Below, piece after piece: positions 10,517-19,972 of a DNA stretch of 64,000 nucleotides. Location of the stretch: NCBI GenBank assembly GCA_046482545.1, contig JAWOEX010000019.1, forward strand, positions 1-64,000. Direction: 5' to 3'. The position numbers and the translations under genes are program-made. The notes beneath the pieces were generated by a model, which saw only the letters and a program-made list of their open reading frames with translations, ran no database searches and was not told the DNA's origin. The DNA comes from Candidatus Thorarchaeota archaeon. GTDB taxonomy: Archaea > Asgardarchaeota > Thorarchaeia > Thorarchaeales > Thorarchaeaceae. Every line of letters begins with the position of its first letter. The stretch's first letter is position 1.

Positions 10517-11551
10517 CTATCCATATCTGATTCTAGGATCTAATGCACCATAGACCAAATCAACAATCAAATTAGCTGAGACGAAAATGAGGGCTACGAG
10601 CAGGGTGAAACCAGTAATAGCTGCCATATCCGAAGTAAGTATTGCACCCGTTGCCCACCGACCAAGACCAGGCCAGCTAAATATGCTTTCAGTCAATACT
10701 GCTCCGGTAATAAGGCTTCCAAATGCAAGACCTATGACAGTAACTGTTGGGATGAGGGCATTTCTCAATGCATGTTTATAGATGACAACCCTTTCAGACA
10801 AGCCCTTTGATCGTGCTAGAGTAATGTAGTCTTCTCTCAAAACCTCTAGCATACTTGACCGCATCATTCTTGTGATGATTGCTAAAGTAAGATAACCCAG
10901 GCAGAATGCAGGCATTATGAGATGAAGCAGTGCATCCACGAACAAGCGTATATTGTGAGCAAATAATAGGGAATCAATGAGCAAGAAGCGCGTGACATAA
11001 TCGAAATCCCGAAAGACGACTGGATTATATCGCTTGTCACCCGGAAGATGGGGAAGACCATTAATAGCGAGCCAATAGAAGAATACATATTTTAACATCA
11101 GGGCAAACCAGAAGATAGGCATAGACACTCCTGCCAATGAAAAGACTCGGGTTGCGTGATCAACGGGTTCATCCTTTCTCGTCGCAGATACAATCCCTAA
11201 GGGGATTCCTAATGCAATTGCGATAATCATAGCAAAAATCGAGAGCTCGATAGTTGCGGGGAGTTTCTTAGCAATTACTTCTAGGACGGGATTGTAGCTT
11301 GCTGAGGTGCTAATGCCCCAGTCTCCTTTGAACAAGTTCAATATGTACAGAAAATACTGCACGTATAACGGGTCATTGAAGCCGTGTTGTTCCCTGATTC
11401 CCTCTATCGCGCTTGCAGGCGTATTATCATTGATGTACATCACTACGGGGTCTGCAATCACGTGGGATAGGAACCAAACGATTGTGATAACACCAAAGAT
11501 TACTGGGATGGCAAGAATCACACGCCTTATGACAAAATCCCTTAGTTTCAT
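10517..11551 (-). CDS. oppB: Oligopeptide ABC permease OppB/DppB
   Basis: LPATIEL, ARSKGL, HALRNA, LDPRIR. Confidence 0.92.
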   Translation of the reverse strand: MKLRDFVIRRVILAIPVIFGVITIVWFLSHVIADPVVMYINDNTPASAIEGIREQHGFNDPLYVQYFLYILNLFKGDWGISTSASYNPVLEVIAKKLPATIELSIFAMIIAIALGIPLGIVSATRKDEPVDHATRVFSLAGVSMPIFWFALMLKYVFFYWLAINGLPHLPGDKRYNPVVFRDFDYVTRFLLIDSLLFAHNIRLFVDALLHLIMPAFCLGYLTLAIITRMMRSSMLEVLREDYITLARSKGLSERVVIYKHALRNALIPTVTVIGLAFGSLITGAVLTESIFSWPGLGRWATGAILTSDMAAITGFTLLVALIFVSANLIVDLVYGALDPRIRYG

Positions 11552-11895
11552 TGTTGATTCCCTCTATATGATTTGTACATGTTCAAGTACATATTTATCT
11601 GACTACGTACGCATCATATATTCCAAATCATTTTGCCGTCTAATCTGATACTTAAGGGTTTGGTTCAATGGAGGGAATCTTTGTTCTACGAGAGACGTTT
11701 CGTTGTGATTCTCTGGTCGTACTTCCATCGAATATGTCATCGTACGTGAGAAAGTCCAATTCTAGCGGTATATCCTGCGAATTAATTTGATGCATAACTT
11801 ATATTAGAGGCAATTCTGTTGTCATAACTATCGCGACTCCAAAATGGACATGAAGCGTAAACCACTTGTCCAAAACGCGAAAGAAGGAGGAAAAA

Positions 11896-13755
11896 ATGGA
11901 GAGAAACTACATAATAGCAGTAGTAGTCATTGTTATTATTGCAGGTGCAGCAGGTGCGTATATCCTGATGCAACCAGCAGCTCCAACCGGACAGACTGTT
12001 GTGTGGGAAACAATTGGTAACCCCAATTATATGGACCCACATGTCAACTATGAGTCGTTCGGTTCTTGGATTCATTACAATGTCTATGAAACGCTATATA
12101 CATACGAATGGGATAGTGTGGACACAGAGCCTACTCAACCGCTCTTGGCTACAGACTATACTGTATCAAGTGACGGCCTGAACTACACGTTTACACTGCG
12201 AGAAGGTGTGACATTTCATGATGGCACTCCGTTTAACGCCTCGTGTGTGAGATACAACTTTGAACGTGTACTGGCTGTATTTGACACTGGCGGTCCTGCA
12301 TGGATGCTGGCTGAACCCATATTGGGTGGCCAAGCCATTGAAGATGCAGCATATGCTTATGGAGCTGGAAGTCCACAGCACGAAGGAAACTTCACCGAAT
12401 GGCAGGAAGCCAATGAGGATGGTACAGGAGCCATCATCGTCATGGATGAGTACACTGTGAGAATCAGGCTCGCATATCCATACGCAGCATTTCTACCCGC
12501 AATCACCTACGAAGTTGGCGCAATGATCAGTCCGACTTTTGTTGAGAATAATGGCGGGATAGAAGTAGGTTCCCACAACGAAGTCCTTGACGAGGAGACC
12601 TGTGGTACCGGACCATACATGCTTGACGAATGGGAAATTGACGATCATATTACCCTCGTCCAGTATGACAACTACTGGAGACGATCTATTGCCAAGTCTC
12701 AGTTCCCGAATGCAGGTGCAGTTGAAACCATCATTATCAACACAGTTGATGATGTCAACAGCAGAATCCTGAATATCGAAGCGGGAGAGTCCGATGTCTG
12801 TTATTGGCCAACCAGCCATTCTGAGGACATATACCAAGAGGTAGATGATTTGCCTCCGTTCTCCGAGAACGATGGCACTCTTCAGAGTCAGGATGACAAT
12901 CTCAAGGTATGGGCGAAGTACCCAGGATACAACTTAGCATCGATACACTTCCTCATGTCCGAGACCTATAATAAGTCAGGAGATGTCCTACTGAACCCAT
13001 TCTACCTCAAGAATCTGAGACAAGCAGCCAGCTACGCCTTCGACTATCAAACCTTCATCGACACAGTGATTTATGGTCACGGCGTACAAGGGCGAGGCCC
13101 TGTTCCTATAGGGATGTTCGGTCACGATGACGATGCCTTCCAGTACAACTACAGTATCGATGATGCTGTAACAAAGTGGGACGCTGCCATGGCAGACGGT
13201 TTGGGTGATATCCTAGACAACTGCTCCTATACAATCGACCTCTACTACAACAGCGGTAACGAGGTTCGTAGGAAGGGTATGATGCTGCTCAGAGATGGCC
13301 TCTATGAAGTGCTAAATGAGACCACAGAAGCGCCTGCGGAAGATGTCAGTATCAACGTTCAGGGAGTTGAGTGGTCAACATACATTGGTCGGTTGATCAG
13401 TGGTGACATGCCCGCCTTCATGATTGGATGGGCGCCAGACTACGCTGACCCTGACAACTATGTCGTACCGTATGTCAGCAGCTGGGGCACCTATTCCGGT
13501 TTCCAGCGCATTGCGGACTCACCAGGCTGGGATGCCGAAAAAGTCGATGGCTGGATTACCGATGCAGCTCAGTCTCAGGATGATGAAGAGCGTATCGGGT
13601 TCTATGAGGACATTCAGGCAGAAATCATCGAGCATGCTGCCTATATCTGGGTATACCAGTCAACAGTATTCCATGTTGAGCGTGCTGAAATGAATGGGTA
13701 CCAGTACAACCCAATGCATGACGCATATCTCTTCCACTACTGGAAGTCAGAGTGA
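11896..13755 (+). CDS. oppA: ABC transporter peptide-binding protein (family 5, OppA/DppA)
   Basis: N-terminal anchor, LREGVTFHDGTPFNA, GTGPY, GWAPDYADPDNY; SD GGAGG upstream. Confidence 0.92.
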   Translation: MERNYIIAVVVIVIIAGAAGAYILMQPAAPTGQTVVWETIGNPNYMDPHVNYESFGSWIHYNVYETLYTYEWDSVDTEPTQPLLATDYTVSSDGLNYTFTLREGVTFHDGTPFNASCVRYNFERVLAVFDTGGPAWMLAEPILGGQAIEDAAYAYGAGSPQHEGNFTEWQEANEDGTGAIIVMDEYTVRIRLAYPYAAFLPAITYEVGAMISPTFVENNGGIEVGSHNEVLDEETCGTGPYMLDEWEIDDHITLVQYDNYWRRSIAKSQFPNAGAVETIIINTVDDVNSRILNIEAGESDVCYWPTSHSEDIYQEVDDLPPFSENDGTLQSQDDNLKVWAKYPGYNLASIHFLMSETYNKSGDVLLNPFYLKNLRQAASYAFDYQTFIDTVIYGHGVQGRGPVPIGMFGHDDDAFQYNYSIDDAVTKWDAAMADGLGDILDNCSYTIDLYYNSGNEVRRKGMMLLRDGLYEVLNETTEAPAEDVSINVQGVEWSTYIGRLISGDMPAFMIGWAPDYADPDNYVVPYVSSWGTYSGFQRIADSPGWDAEKVDGWITDAAQSQDDEERIGFYEDIQAEIIEHAAYIWVYQSTVFHVERAEMNGYQYNPMHDAYLFHYWKSE

Positions 13756-13786
13756 TTCATGCTCAGCAGTGACTTAGTTTAATACT

Positions 13787-13819
13787 GCAGAGGGTATTGC
13801 CCTCTGCTCCTTTTTTTTT
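13787..13819 (+). terminator. Hairpin plus U-tract terminator
   Basis: GCAGAGGG-tattg-CCCTCTGC followed by T9. Confidence 0.75.
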
Positions 13820-13902
13820 GAACCGTTTTCGAGATTACTACAATACCGGAGGAACACTCACCGATTTTCATCCTGCGTAGTAGAGATGACTTAAAATCAG
13901 AT

Positions 13903-14802
13903 ATGATTAATTGGTTACGAAGAGATGGGGCTACAATGAAAATGAGCGAAAAGCCAAGCCTTGCTAATATGGACTTATTCGATATGTTTGGCCTTTGGTG
14001 GGATGTAGCATGGGTACGGTATCTCGTACTTTCGCTTATTCCGATCGGAGTTATCGATGGCATCTATACATCGCTTCTATTTGCAGCTCATGGGCCTGAA
14101 CATGAATACAACCTGCTGGTTCGGTTGGCGTTCATGAATAATTTGGGTATGGTCTGGGTTATTGTGAACATCGTGTCATTTGCCATGTTCGCAATGCTCG
14201 CGGGATCATACTATTTGCACACACGAGAGAATGTTTTTGGAAATAAAACACGATGGCTTTCACTGCTGATCAGTATCAGGGTTGGCGGAGCACTCTACAA
14301 CATATTCGTCTACTATTGGATATGGCAAGCAGGCTTCCTCGCTATGCTCGGAATGTTTCTAGTATGTATCGGGATGAACACTCTTTTGAGCCAAGATGGG
14401 GATGTATCAATGGAGAGATTCAAGAGATATTTCAGAGCAAGATATGATAGATTTCATGATGCTTTGTTAACGAGGGGCATCGATCAAACACCTGAAGAGA
14501 AGGTGCTTATTATGAATGAAGAAGACAGCAACAAGAAGACGGATAGGGCAAACACTTGGCCTAAGCGGACAGCATACATGCTCATCGCAGTTTTGGTTTT
14601 TGTTAGCATCCCATTCATCTTAACTGAGATTGCACGTCTAACCGGAGCGTTAGATTGGACTGGAGTGTTTGGAGGTACATTCTACTGGAATTACATTTCT
14701 GGCCCCACATTCATGATTGGGTTTATCATGGTTATCGGAGTGGTTGCTTTAGCAGTCTATCTCATGTTCAAAGCATTTGATACAAGTAAAGGCGCCTGGT
14801 AG
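13903..14802 (+). CDS. Hypothetical membrane protein (DUF5658-like N-terminus possible)
   Basis: Multiple TM segments; D..YT.....EYNLL motif; start may be 13936 or later. Confidence 0.7.
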   Translation: MINWLRRDGATMKMSEKPSLANMDLFDMFGLWWDVAWVRYLVLSLIPIGVIDGIYTSLLFAAHGPEHEYNLLVRLAFMNNLGMVWVIVNIVSFAMFAMLAGSYYLHTRENVFGNKTRWLSLLISIRVGGALYNIFVYYWIWQAGFLAMLGMFLVCIGMNTLLSQDGDVSMERFKRYFRARYDRFHDALLTRGIDQTPEEKVLIMNEEDSNKKTDRANTWPKRTAYMLIAVLVFVSIPFILTEIARLTGALDWTGVFGGTFYWNYISGPTFMIGFIMVIGVVALAVYLMFKAFDTSKGAW

Positions 14803-14855
14803 ATTCGGGCATTTTTTCAAATCTGATTTCGTGTGATTTCTTGTCTAGCTCAGGA

Positions 14856-15128
14856 TATAACCTGTCTCTTACAGCTGTAGCAACTGCTTGAAACTTCTGT
14901 GTTCCGCCCTTCTTCTGCCAGCGTTACCGCCCCCAAGATACCCGTAGGCCCTTGAGTCAGCAGGGGCTTCGGCCGCGTGCTTCGTGACAGAACACTAGCC
15001 CCCTTCTCTAGTCCTGCTGGGACGAAGTTCCGTACTGAGCCTAACAAACTCCCCTCGTCTGTGGTCAGGAAAGGAGTTGCAGGAAATCTTACACTGCTCT
15101 ACCCTGGTTGTTTAGGATTCTGTAAGCT
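14856..15128 (-). mobile_element. Structured non-coding repeat element, copy A (short form, ~273 bp)
   Basis: Reverse complement aligns to both ends of copies B and C but lacks their 266-nt internal module; flanked by degenerate direct repeats at 14839-14855 and 15128-15143. Confidence 0.85.
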
Positions 15129-15293
15129 CTTGGTTATTCAGGAAACCTACATTTAATATTGTTAAGGTGATAGCTCTGTGTTAGAATACCCAAATGTGAA
15201 GTAGGTATCTTGGTCGTAGAAACCTAACTTCACAGCAAGGGACAGAATAGAAGTTAACAAAAGTATTAGATTGTTCGAAGATGGAGGTTTACT

Positions 15294-16055
15294 ATGCTCG
15301 ACAGATACAGCAAATTAACTGATTTTGAGGTGTTCACTGAAGAAGAAAAACTAGGCGAAATCCACGATATCTATTTTGAGGACGGTGATTGGCAGGTGAG
15401 GTATGCTATCATCGAGTCGGGCGATTGGCTTCTCGGTGAAAGATTTATCATCGCAATGGAAGCCCTCGGTAAACCCAACTGGGAAAACAAACGGATTGTC
15501 GCTGACGTATCGAGGGAAGACATAGAAAGCAGACCCAAAATTGATTTTGCTAAACCTGTTTCACGGGACAGACTAAGTGAGCTACATCAGCATTACCAAT
15601 GGGCACCAGTCATGCCATCTAGTGCACCACCAGGATCGCCAATCGTTGGACCATATCCGATTCTACCACCAACCGCTGATATAACAGAGCGGAGAAAGCT
15701 ACTTGATGAGGCAGAGGAAGGAGAGAGCAGTCTTCGAAGTGCGCAAGAAGTGGGAGGATATGAAATCGAATGCGAGAATGACTGCATAGGCTCGGTAGAG
15801 GATTTCTTCATAGATGAAGATGGTTGGATAATTCGCTACCTTCTGATAGACATCCGAAGATGGATTAAAGAGAGAAGAGTAATAGTATCTCCGGACTGGG
15901 TTTCGGAAATCGATTGGCTGGGAGAAGAGATTGAAGTTGACCTCACAAAGAACCAAATCGAAAACAGCCCTGAATTTGACCCTTCAGAAGCACCTACAAG
16001 GAAATATGAAACAGCCCTCTATGATTTTTATCATCAGCCGGGCTACTGGCTCTGA
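15294..16055 (+). CDS. Tandem PRC-barrel domain protein
   Basis: Two repeats of G.I/V.D..F/I.D..W..RY; SD GGAGG. Confidence 0.85.
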   Translation: MLDRYSKLTDFEVFTEEEKLGEIHDIYFEDGDWQVRYAIIESGDWLLGERFIIAMEALGKPNWENKRIVADVSREDIESRPKIDFAKPVSRDRLSELHQHYQWAPVMPSSAPPGSPIVGPYPILPPTADITERRKLLDEAEEGESSLRSAQEVGGYEIECENDCIGSVEDFFIDEDGWIIRYLLIDIRRWIKERRVIVSPDWVSEIDWLGEEIEVDLTKNQIENSPEFDPSEAPTRKYETALYDFYHQPGYWL

Positions 16056-16088
16056 AGACGGAACAAAAGCGAATTGAAAACCTGAGCG

Positions 16089-16115
16089 GAGGAAGAGGGT
16101 ATTTCCCTCTTTCTC
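16089..16115. terminator. Hairpin between convergent genes
   Basis: GAGGAAGAGGG-tattt-CCCTCTTTCTC. Confidence 0.6.
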
Positions 16116-16127
16116 AGCAAACGTCAA

Positions 16128-17156
16128 CTACTGAATGGCCATAGTAAGAGCCATCAATGCTTTCTGTACGTGCAGCCTGTTTTCAGCAACATCATAGACG
16201 ATTGATTTAGCACCGTCAACCACTTCGTTGGTGACCTCTGAGTTCCTGTCGACTGGACCGCAGTGTGTGAAGAAGGCATCATTGGTTAGCTCCATTTTCT
16301 CACTATCGCAAATCCATGCATCATACTGAGCTGCTTGTTCTATTTCTAGTTGCTTTGCTTTTTCCACGCCATGTTTCTTTACGCGATCATAGAACTTGGG
16401 GGACATCCAATTCCGTGAATAAACAAAGTCTGCATCCTTGTAAGCCTCTTCCAAATCATCGGTAACTTCAAAATCGGAATCGGCTTCATCCGCATTCTCT
16501 TCGCACCACTTCATGACCTCGGGGTCAAGGTCATAGCCTTCCGGGCGAGCAAGAGTTACATCAAGCCCCAGTCTGCTGTTTATCAAAATGCTCTCCTGAA
16601 CAGAACACCATGATCTGACAAGGGCACCCTTTCCCCAGACTTGCAGTATCTTCTTACCCTTCAAATCTTCGCCAGCATGTTCTCTCATACCCATAACATC
16701 TGCAAGTCCTTGACATGGGTGGAACCTATCATGAGCCATGCTTATGATTGGGACGTCTGCGTACTTCACATATTCCTCAAGTAAATCATGCCCCTGACCG
16801 TATTCTTCAATGGCAGTCTCAAGGATACGTATACCTATTCCAGCTGCGTATCTACTCATAACATTAGCTGCATCCTGAACCGTCTCCCCCGCAGATTTCT
16901 CAGTCTTGAGACGCATTGTCTTTGGTGTCAAGAATTGAGCATGTCCACCTAGTTCGGTAGCGGCGCATTCGAATGATTGCCGAGTTCGGACGCTGGGATT
17001 ATAGAACATCATGAAAAATGACCTGTGGTCCAGACAGTTATTCAGCCTATGATCAAAACGTTTGGCTTTCAACTCCTTGGCCAATTCCAAGGTCTTCTCT
17101 ATTTCATCAATACTCCAATCCTGCGTGCAAAGCAGGTCACGACCGTAGAGACTCAT
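16128..17156 (-). CDS. Ornithine-type carbamoyltransferase family protein
   Basis: FYNPSVRT, HPCQGLAD, HCGP (variant of HCLP), AENRLH. Confidence 0.9.
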   Translation of the reverse strand: MSLYGRDLLCTQDWSIDEIEKTLELAKELKAKRFDHRLNNCLDHRSFFMMFYNPSVRTRQSFECAATELGGHAQFLTPKTMRLKTEKSAGETVQDAANVMSRYAAGIGIRILETAIEEYGQGHDLLEEYVKYADVPIISMAHDRFHPCQGLADVMGMREHAGEDLKGKKILQVWGKGALVRSWCSVQESILINSRLGLDVTLARPEGYDLDPEVMKWCEENADEADSDFEVTDDLEEAYKDADFVYSRNWMSPKFYDRVKKHGVEKAKQLEIEQAAQYDAWICDSEKMELTNDAFFTHCGPVDRNSEVTNEVVDGAKSIVYDVAENRLHVQKALMALTMAIQ

Positions 17157-17427
17157 ACTAATTTGGAAGGCTGCCTTGCCCTTAAATCTTCATGTCTTCG
17201 GACAAAAGAGCAAATTCTGTTTCAGTTGAATTCCACTTAGATTGCCTTTCACCAGTCATCTAGTACGAATAAGAACAGGCGCAAAAGAGCTCTCAAGCAG
17301 AAAATTCTATGAATAGTGTTCATTTATCTGTTAAACATGGAACAGAGTTTAGTTTTACATTAAACAATGGCAGAAATGAAGCCCTGTTATGAAGCAACTT
17401 GATGCACTAGAGATATACTAAACGCGC

Positions 17428-17486
17428 AAAAAAAAGAGGAGAAAGGGGGGTCGGGCATTGAATAGACCTGATAATGTTCTGACCCC
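17428..17486 (-). terminator. Long hairpin plus U-rich tract
   Basis: GGGGTCAGAACATT...AATGCCCGACCCC on the minus strand, then pyrimidine/T8 run after the 17509 stop. Confidence 0.6.
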
Positions 17487-17508
17487 GGAAATGACAGCCT
17501 TACATATG

Positions 17509-18561
17509 CTATCTCATGGTAAGAGACATGACGGCTTTCTGACCATGGAGCCTGTTCTCGGCCTGATCGAATACAACAGATTGTGGGCCATCAATAACGG
17601 AATTCGCAACTTCAAAGCCCCTGTCTGCAGGTAGGCAATGCATATACTTTGCCTGGGGTCCAGCAATTTCCATCATTTCGTCGTTGCAAATCCAATGCTT
17701 GTTCTTATCAAAGACTTCCTGCGACTTCTCCAGTTCGACCTTGTCATTGAATGGCGGGATGTACTCCTTGCAGGTCCAAGCCTTTGGATACACAACATCT
17801 GCTCCTTCAAAGGCCTCTTCCATGTCATACATGATTTCGAAGTTCGAATCATTTTCCTCAGCCATCACCTCGCATTCTTTGATCACGTTGTCATCGAGTT
17901 CCATTCCCTTCGGATGGGCCAGTACTGTATCCATTCCCATCTTTGTGGCTGCTATAACAGCGCTCTGAGGCACTGCCAATGGTTTGTGAACTGATGGAGA
18001 ATAAGCCCAGCTCATCACGAACTTGACATCCTTGAAACTGCCAAACTTTTCCTTCACCGTCAGTATGTCAGCTAGACCTTGGCACGGATGATACACATCA
18101 TCCTCCATGTTTATGATTGGACAGTCTGCCCAGTAAGCGAAGTTTTCAAGCATCTTGTTTGCTTTCCCATAATGCCAACCAACTGGATCTCCGTAACATC
18201 GGATTGCTATGGCTTCACCCATCCGCGAAAGCACACGGGCAACATCGGATACCCGTTCGGTTGAGTAAGCTTTCTCATCTCCCTCAAGTGCGGGGGCATA
18301 AATCTTGTCAGTGTCCAGAAAATGTGCGTGTCCGCCAAGCTGGGTCATTCCCGCTTCAAAAGAGTTTCTGGTACGAAGGCTGCTATTATAAAAAATCATG
18401 AATAGCGATTTTGCATCCAGAAGCTTGTGGGGTTCACCCATCGCATATCTTCGTTTCAAATCAAGTGCTACATCAAGAAGAGTTTCAATTTCTTCCTTCG
18501 AATAATCAAGCAAGGTTAGGTAATCCTTTCCTCGAAAGGTATCAGTTTTTACCATTGTCAC
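17509..18561 (-). CDS. Ornithine-type carbamoyltransferase family protein (knotted YgeW/AOTCase-like features)
   Basis: FYNSSLRT, HPCQ, WAYSPSVHKPLAVPQ, HCLP, QAENRLH. Confidence 0.9.
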   Translation of the reverse strand: MTMVKTDTFRGKDYLTLLDYSKEEIETLLDVALDLKRRYAMGEPHKLLDAKSLFMIFYNSSLRTRNSFEAGMTQLGGHAHFLDTDKIYAPALEGDEKAYSTERVSDVARVLSRMGEAIAIRCYGDPVGWHYGKANKMLENFAYWADCPIINMEDDVYHPCQGLADILTVKEKFGSFKDVKFVMSWAYSPSVHKPLAVPQSAVIAATKMGMDTVLAHPKGMELDDNVIKECEVMAEENDSNFEIMYDMEEAFEGADVVYPKAWTCKEYIPPFNDKVELEKSQEVFDKNKHWICNDEMMEIAGPQAKYMHCLPADRGFEVANSVIDGPQSVVFDQAENRLHGQKAVMSLTMR

Positions 18562-18759
18562 TCACACTATTCAGATGGCTATTCAGCTATAGAAAAACCT
18601 TGCTAACGGGTCAATACGAACCAAAAACCACAAGACATCCTTGGTTCGGATGAAAATCTTTATTCCGAGTACTGCATTGGTGTCATCACACAGGGGAGAG
18701 CTTTTATCAGCCGGTTCCAGAGATTGTAAACATCAGCTTCAACAAGGTGGCCTTAGAGA

Positions 18760-19950
18760 GTGCATAAAGAAATTGTGGATGGAGTGCATTATGTTGGTGT
18801 GGATGACCATCACACAGAGCTATTTGAAAATATATGGCGTATTCCTTACGGCATCTCCTACAACAGCTATCTCATTGTAGACGAAAAAATTGCAATTATT
18901 GACCTGGTCAAGGAACCATGGGCCGAAAAGTGGCTCAACAATATTCGAGAGATTATTGACCCTTCGGAGATAGACTATATCATAATGAACCACATGGAGC
19001 CAGATCATACTGGAGCTTTGCCTGAACTTGCTAGGATAGCACAAAATGCAACAATGGTATATACTGATAGGGCAGCAGATATTCAGGAGTCGTTCTATAA
19101 TGTGGAATTGGAGGAACATACCGTCGATGACCTAGAAGAGATATCTCTTGGAAACAAGACACTCCAGTTTGTACATGCACAATTTCTTCACTGGCCTGAA
19201 ACCATGTTGACTTATTTGAAAGAAGACAGGGTTCTCTTCGCTTGTGATGCCTTCGGGTCATATGGCGCACTCAATGGAAAAATCTTCGATTCAGACTGGA
19301 ACCTTAATGTGATAGAAGAAGAAAGCCGGAGATACCTATCATCAATTATCACAAGCTATCTGAGATTTATACAGCGAGGTATTGAGAAGGTCCGCGACCT
19401 AGGAATAGAAATCGATGTCATTGCACCGAGTCACGGTCCGATATACAATGAAAAACCAGAATGGATTATTCAGAAATACGATGAATGGAGTAGTCCAGAA
19501 TTAGAAGACAACGTAGCTATTGTCTATGGCTCGATGTACGGATACACACAGAGATTGGCCGTCAATCTCAAGAAGCAGCTGCTCGAGCAAGATGTTGAAG
19601 TTAACATGCATAATGCCTCCTACTCAGACATGAGCAAAATTCTCGTAGATGCTATGAGAGCAGGTGTGCTTGTAATTGGTTTGCCAACCTACGACGCATT
19701 CCCGTTCCCACCAATATGGTCGTTCCTCAATGAGGTGGAAGGGAAGAGACTACCCAAGAGACCAATCGGGTTGTTCGGTACATATGGCTGGGGTGGAGGC
19801 GGAGTACGCAAAACTAAGAAGAAGCTTGAAGACATGAGGTTCAATATCCTGGAGCCCGTAATTCGAGTTCAAGGTTTACCATCCGACGCAGAGTCGGCTC
19901 AAACCAAGAAACTTGCAGACGCAATAAAAGCTCATCTAGAAAACAAGTAA
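18760..19950 (+). CDS. fprA: Flavodiiron protein (FprA, A-type flavoprotein)
   Basis: GISYNSYLI, NHMEPDH, HWPE, PSHG, flavodoxin YGSMYGYT. Confidence 0.92.
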   Translation: MHKEIVDGVHYVGVDDHHTELFENIWRIPYGISYNSYLIVDEKIAIIDLVKEPWAEKWLNNIREIIDPSEIDYIIMNHMEPDHTGALPELARIAQNATMVYTDRAADIQESFYNVELEEHTVDDLEEISLGNKTLQFVHAQFLHWPETMLTYLKEDRVLFACDAFGSYGALNGKIFDSDWNLNVIEEESRRYLSSIITSYLRFIQRGIEKVRDLGIEIDVIAPSHGPIYNEKPEWIIQKYDEWSSPELEDNVAIVYGSMYGYTQRLAVNLKKQLLEQDVEVNMHNASYSDMSKILVDAMRAGVLVIGLPTYDAFPFPPIWSFLNEVEGKRLPKRPIGLFGTYGWGGGGVRKTKKKLEDMRFNILEPVIRVQGLPSDAESAQTKKLADAIKAHLENK

Positions 19951-19972
19951 GTCCTCGAATTACACACCAGTT

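Noticed and set aside
15065-15145. 8-nt matches between the variable segment and the insertion flank (TCAGGAAA in A; CGAGCACT/AGTGCTCG in C) as bridge-RNA-like target guides
   Set aside because: Absent in B, opposite orientations in A and C, and the C match is explained by an internal helix. Too weak without more copies.
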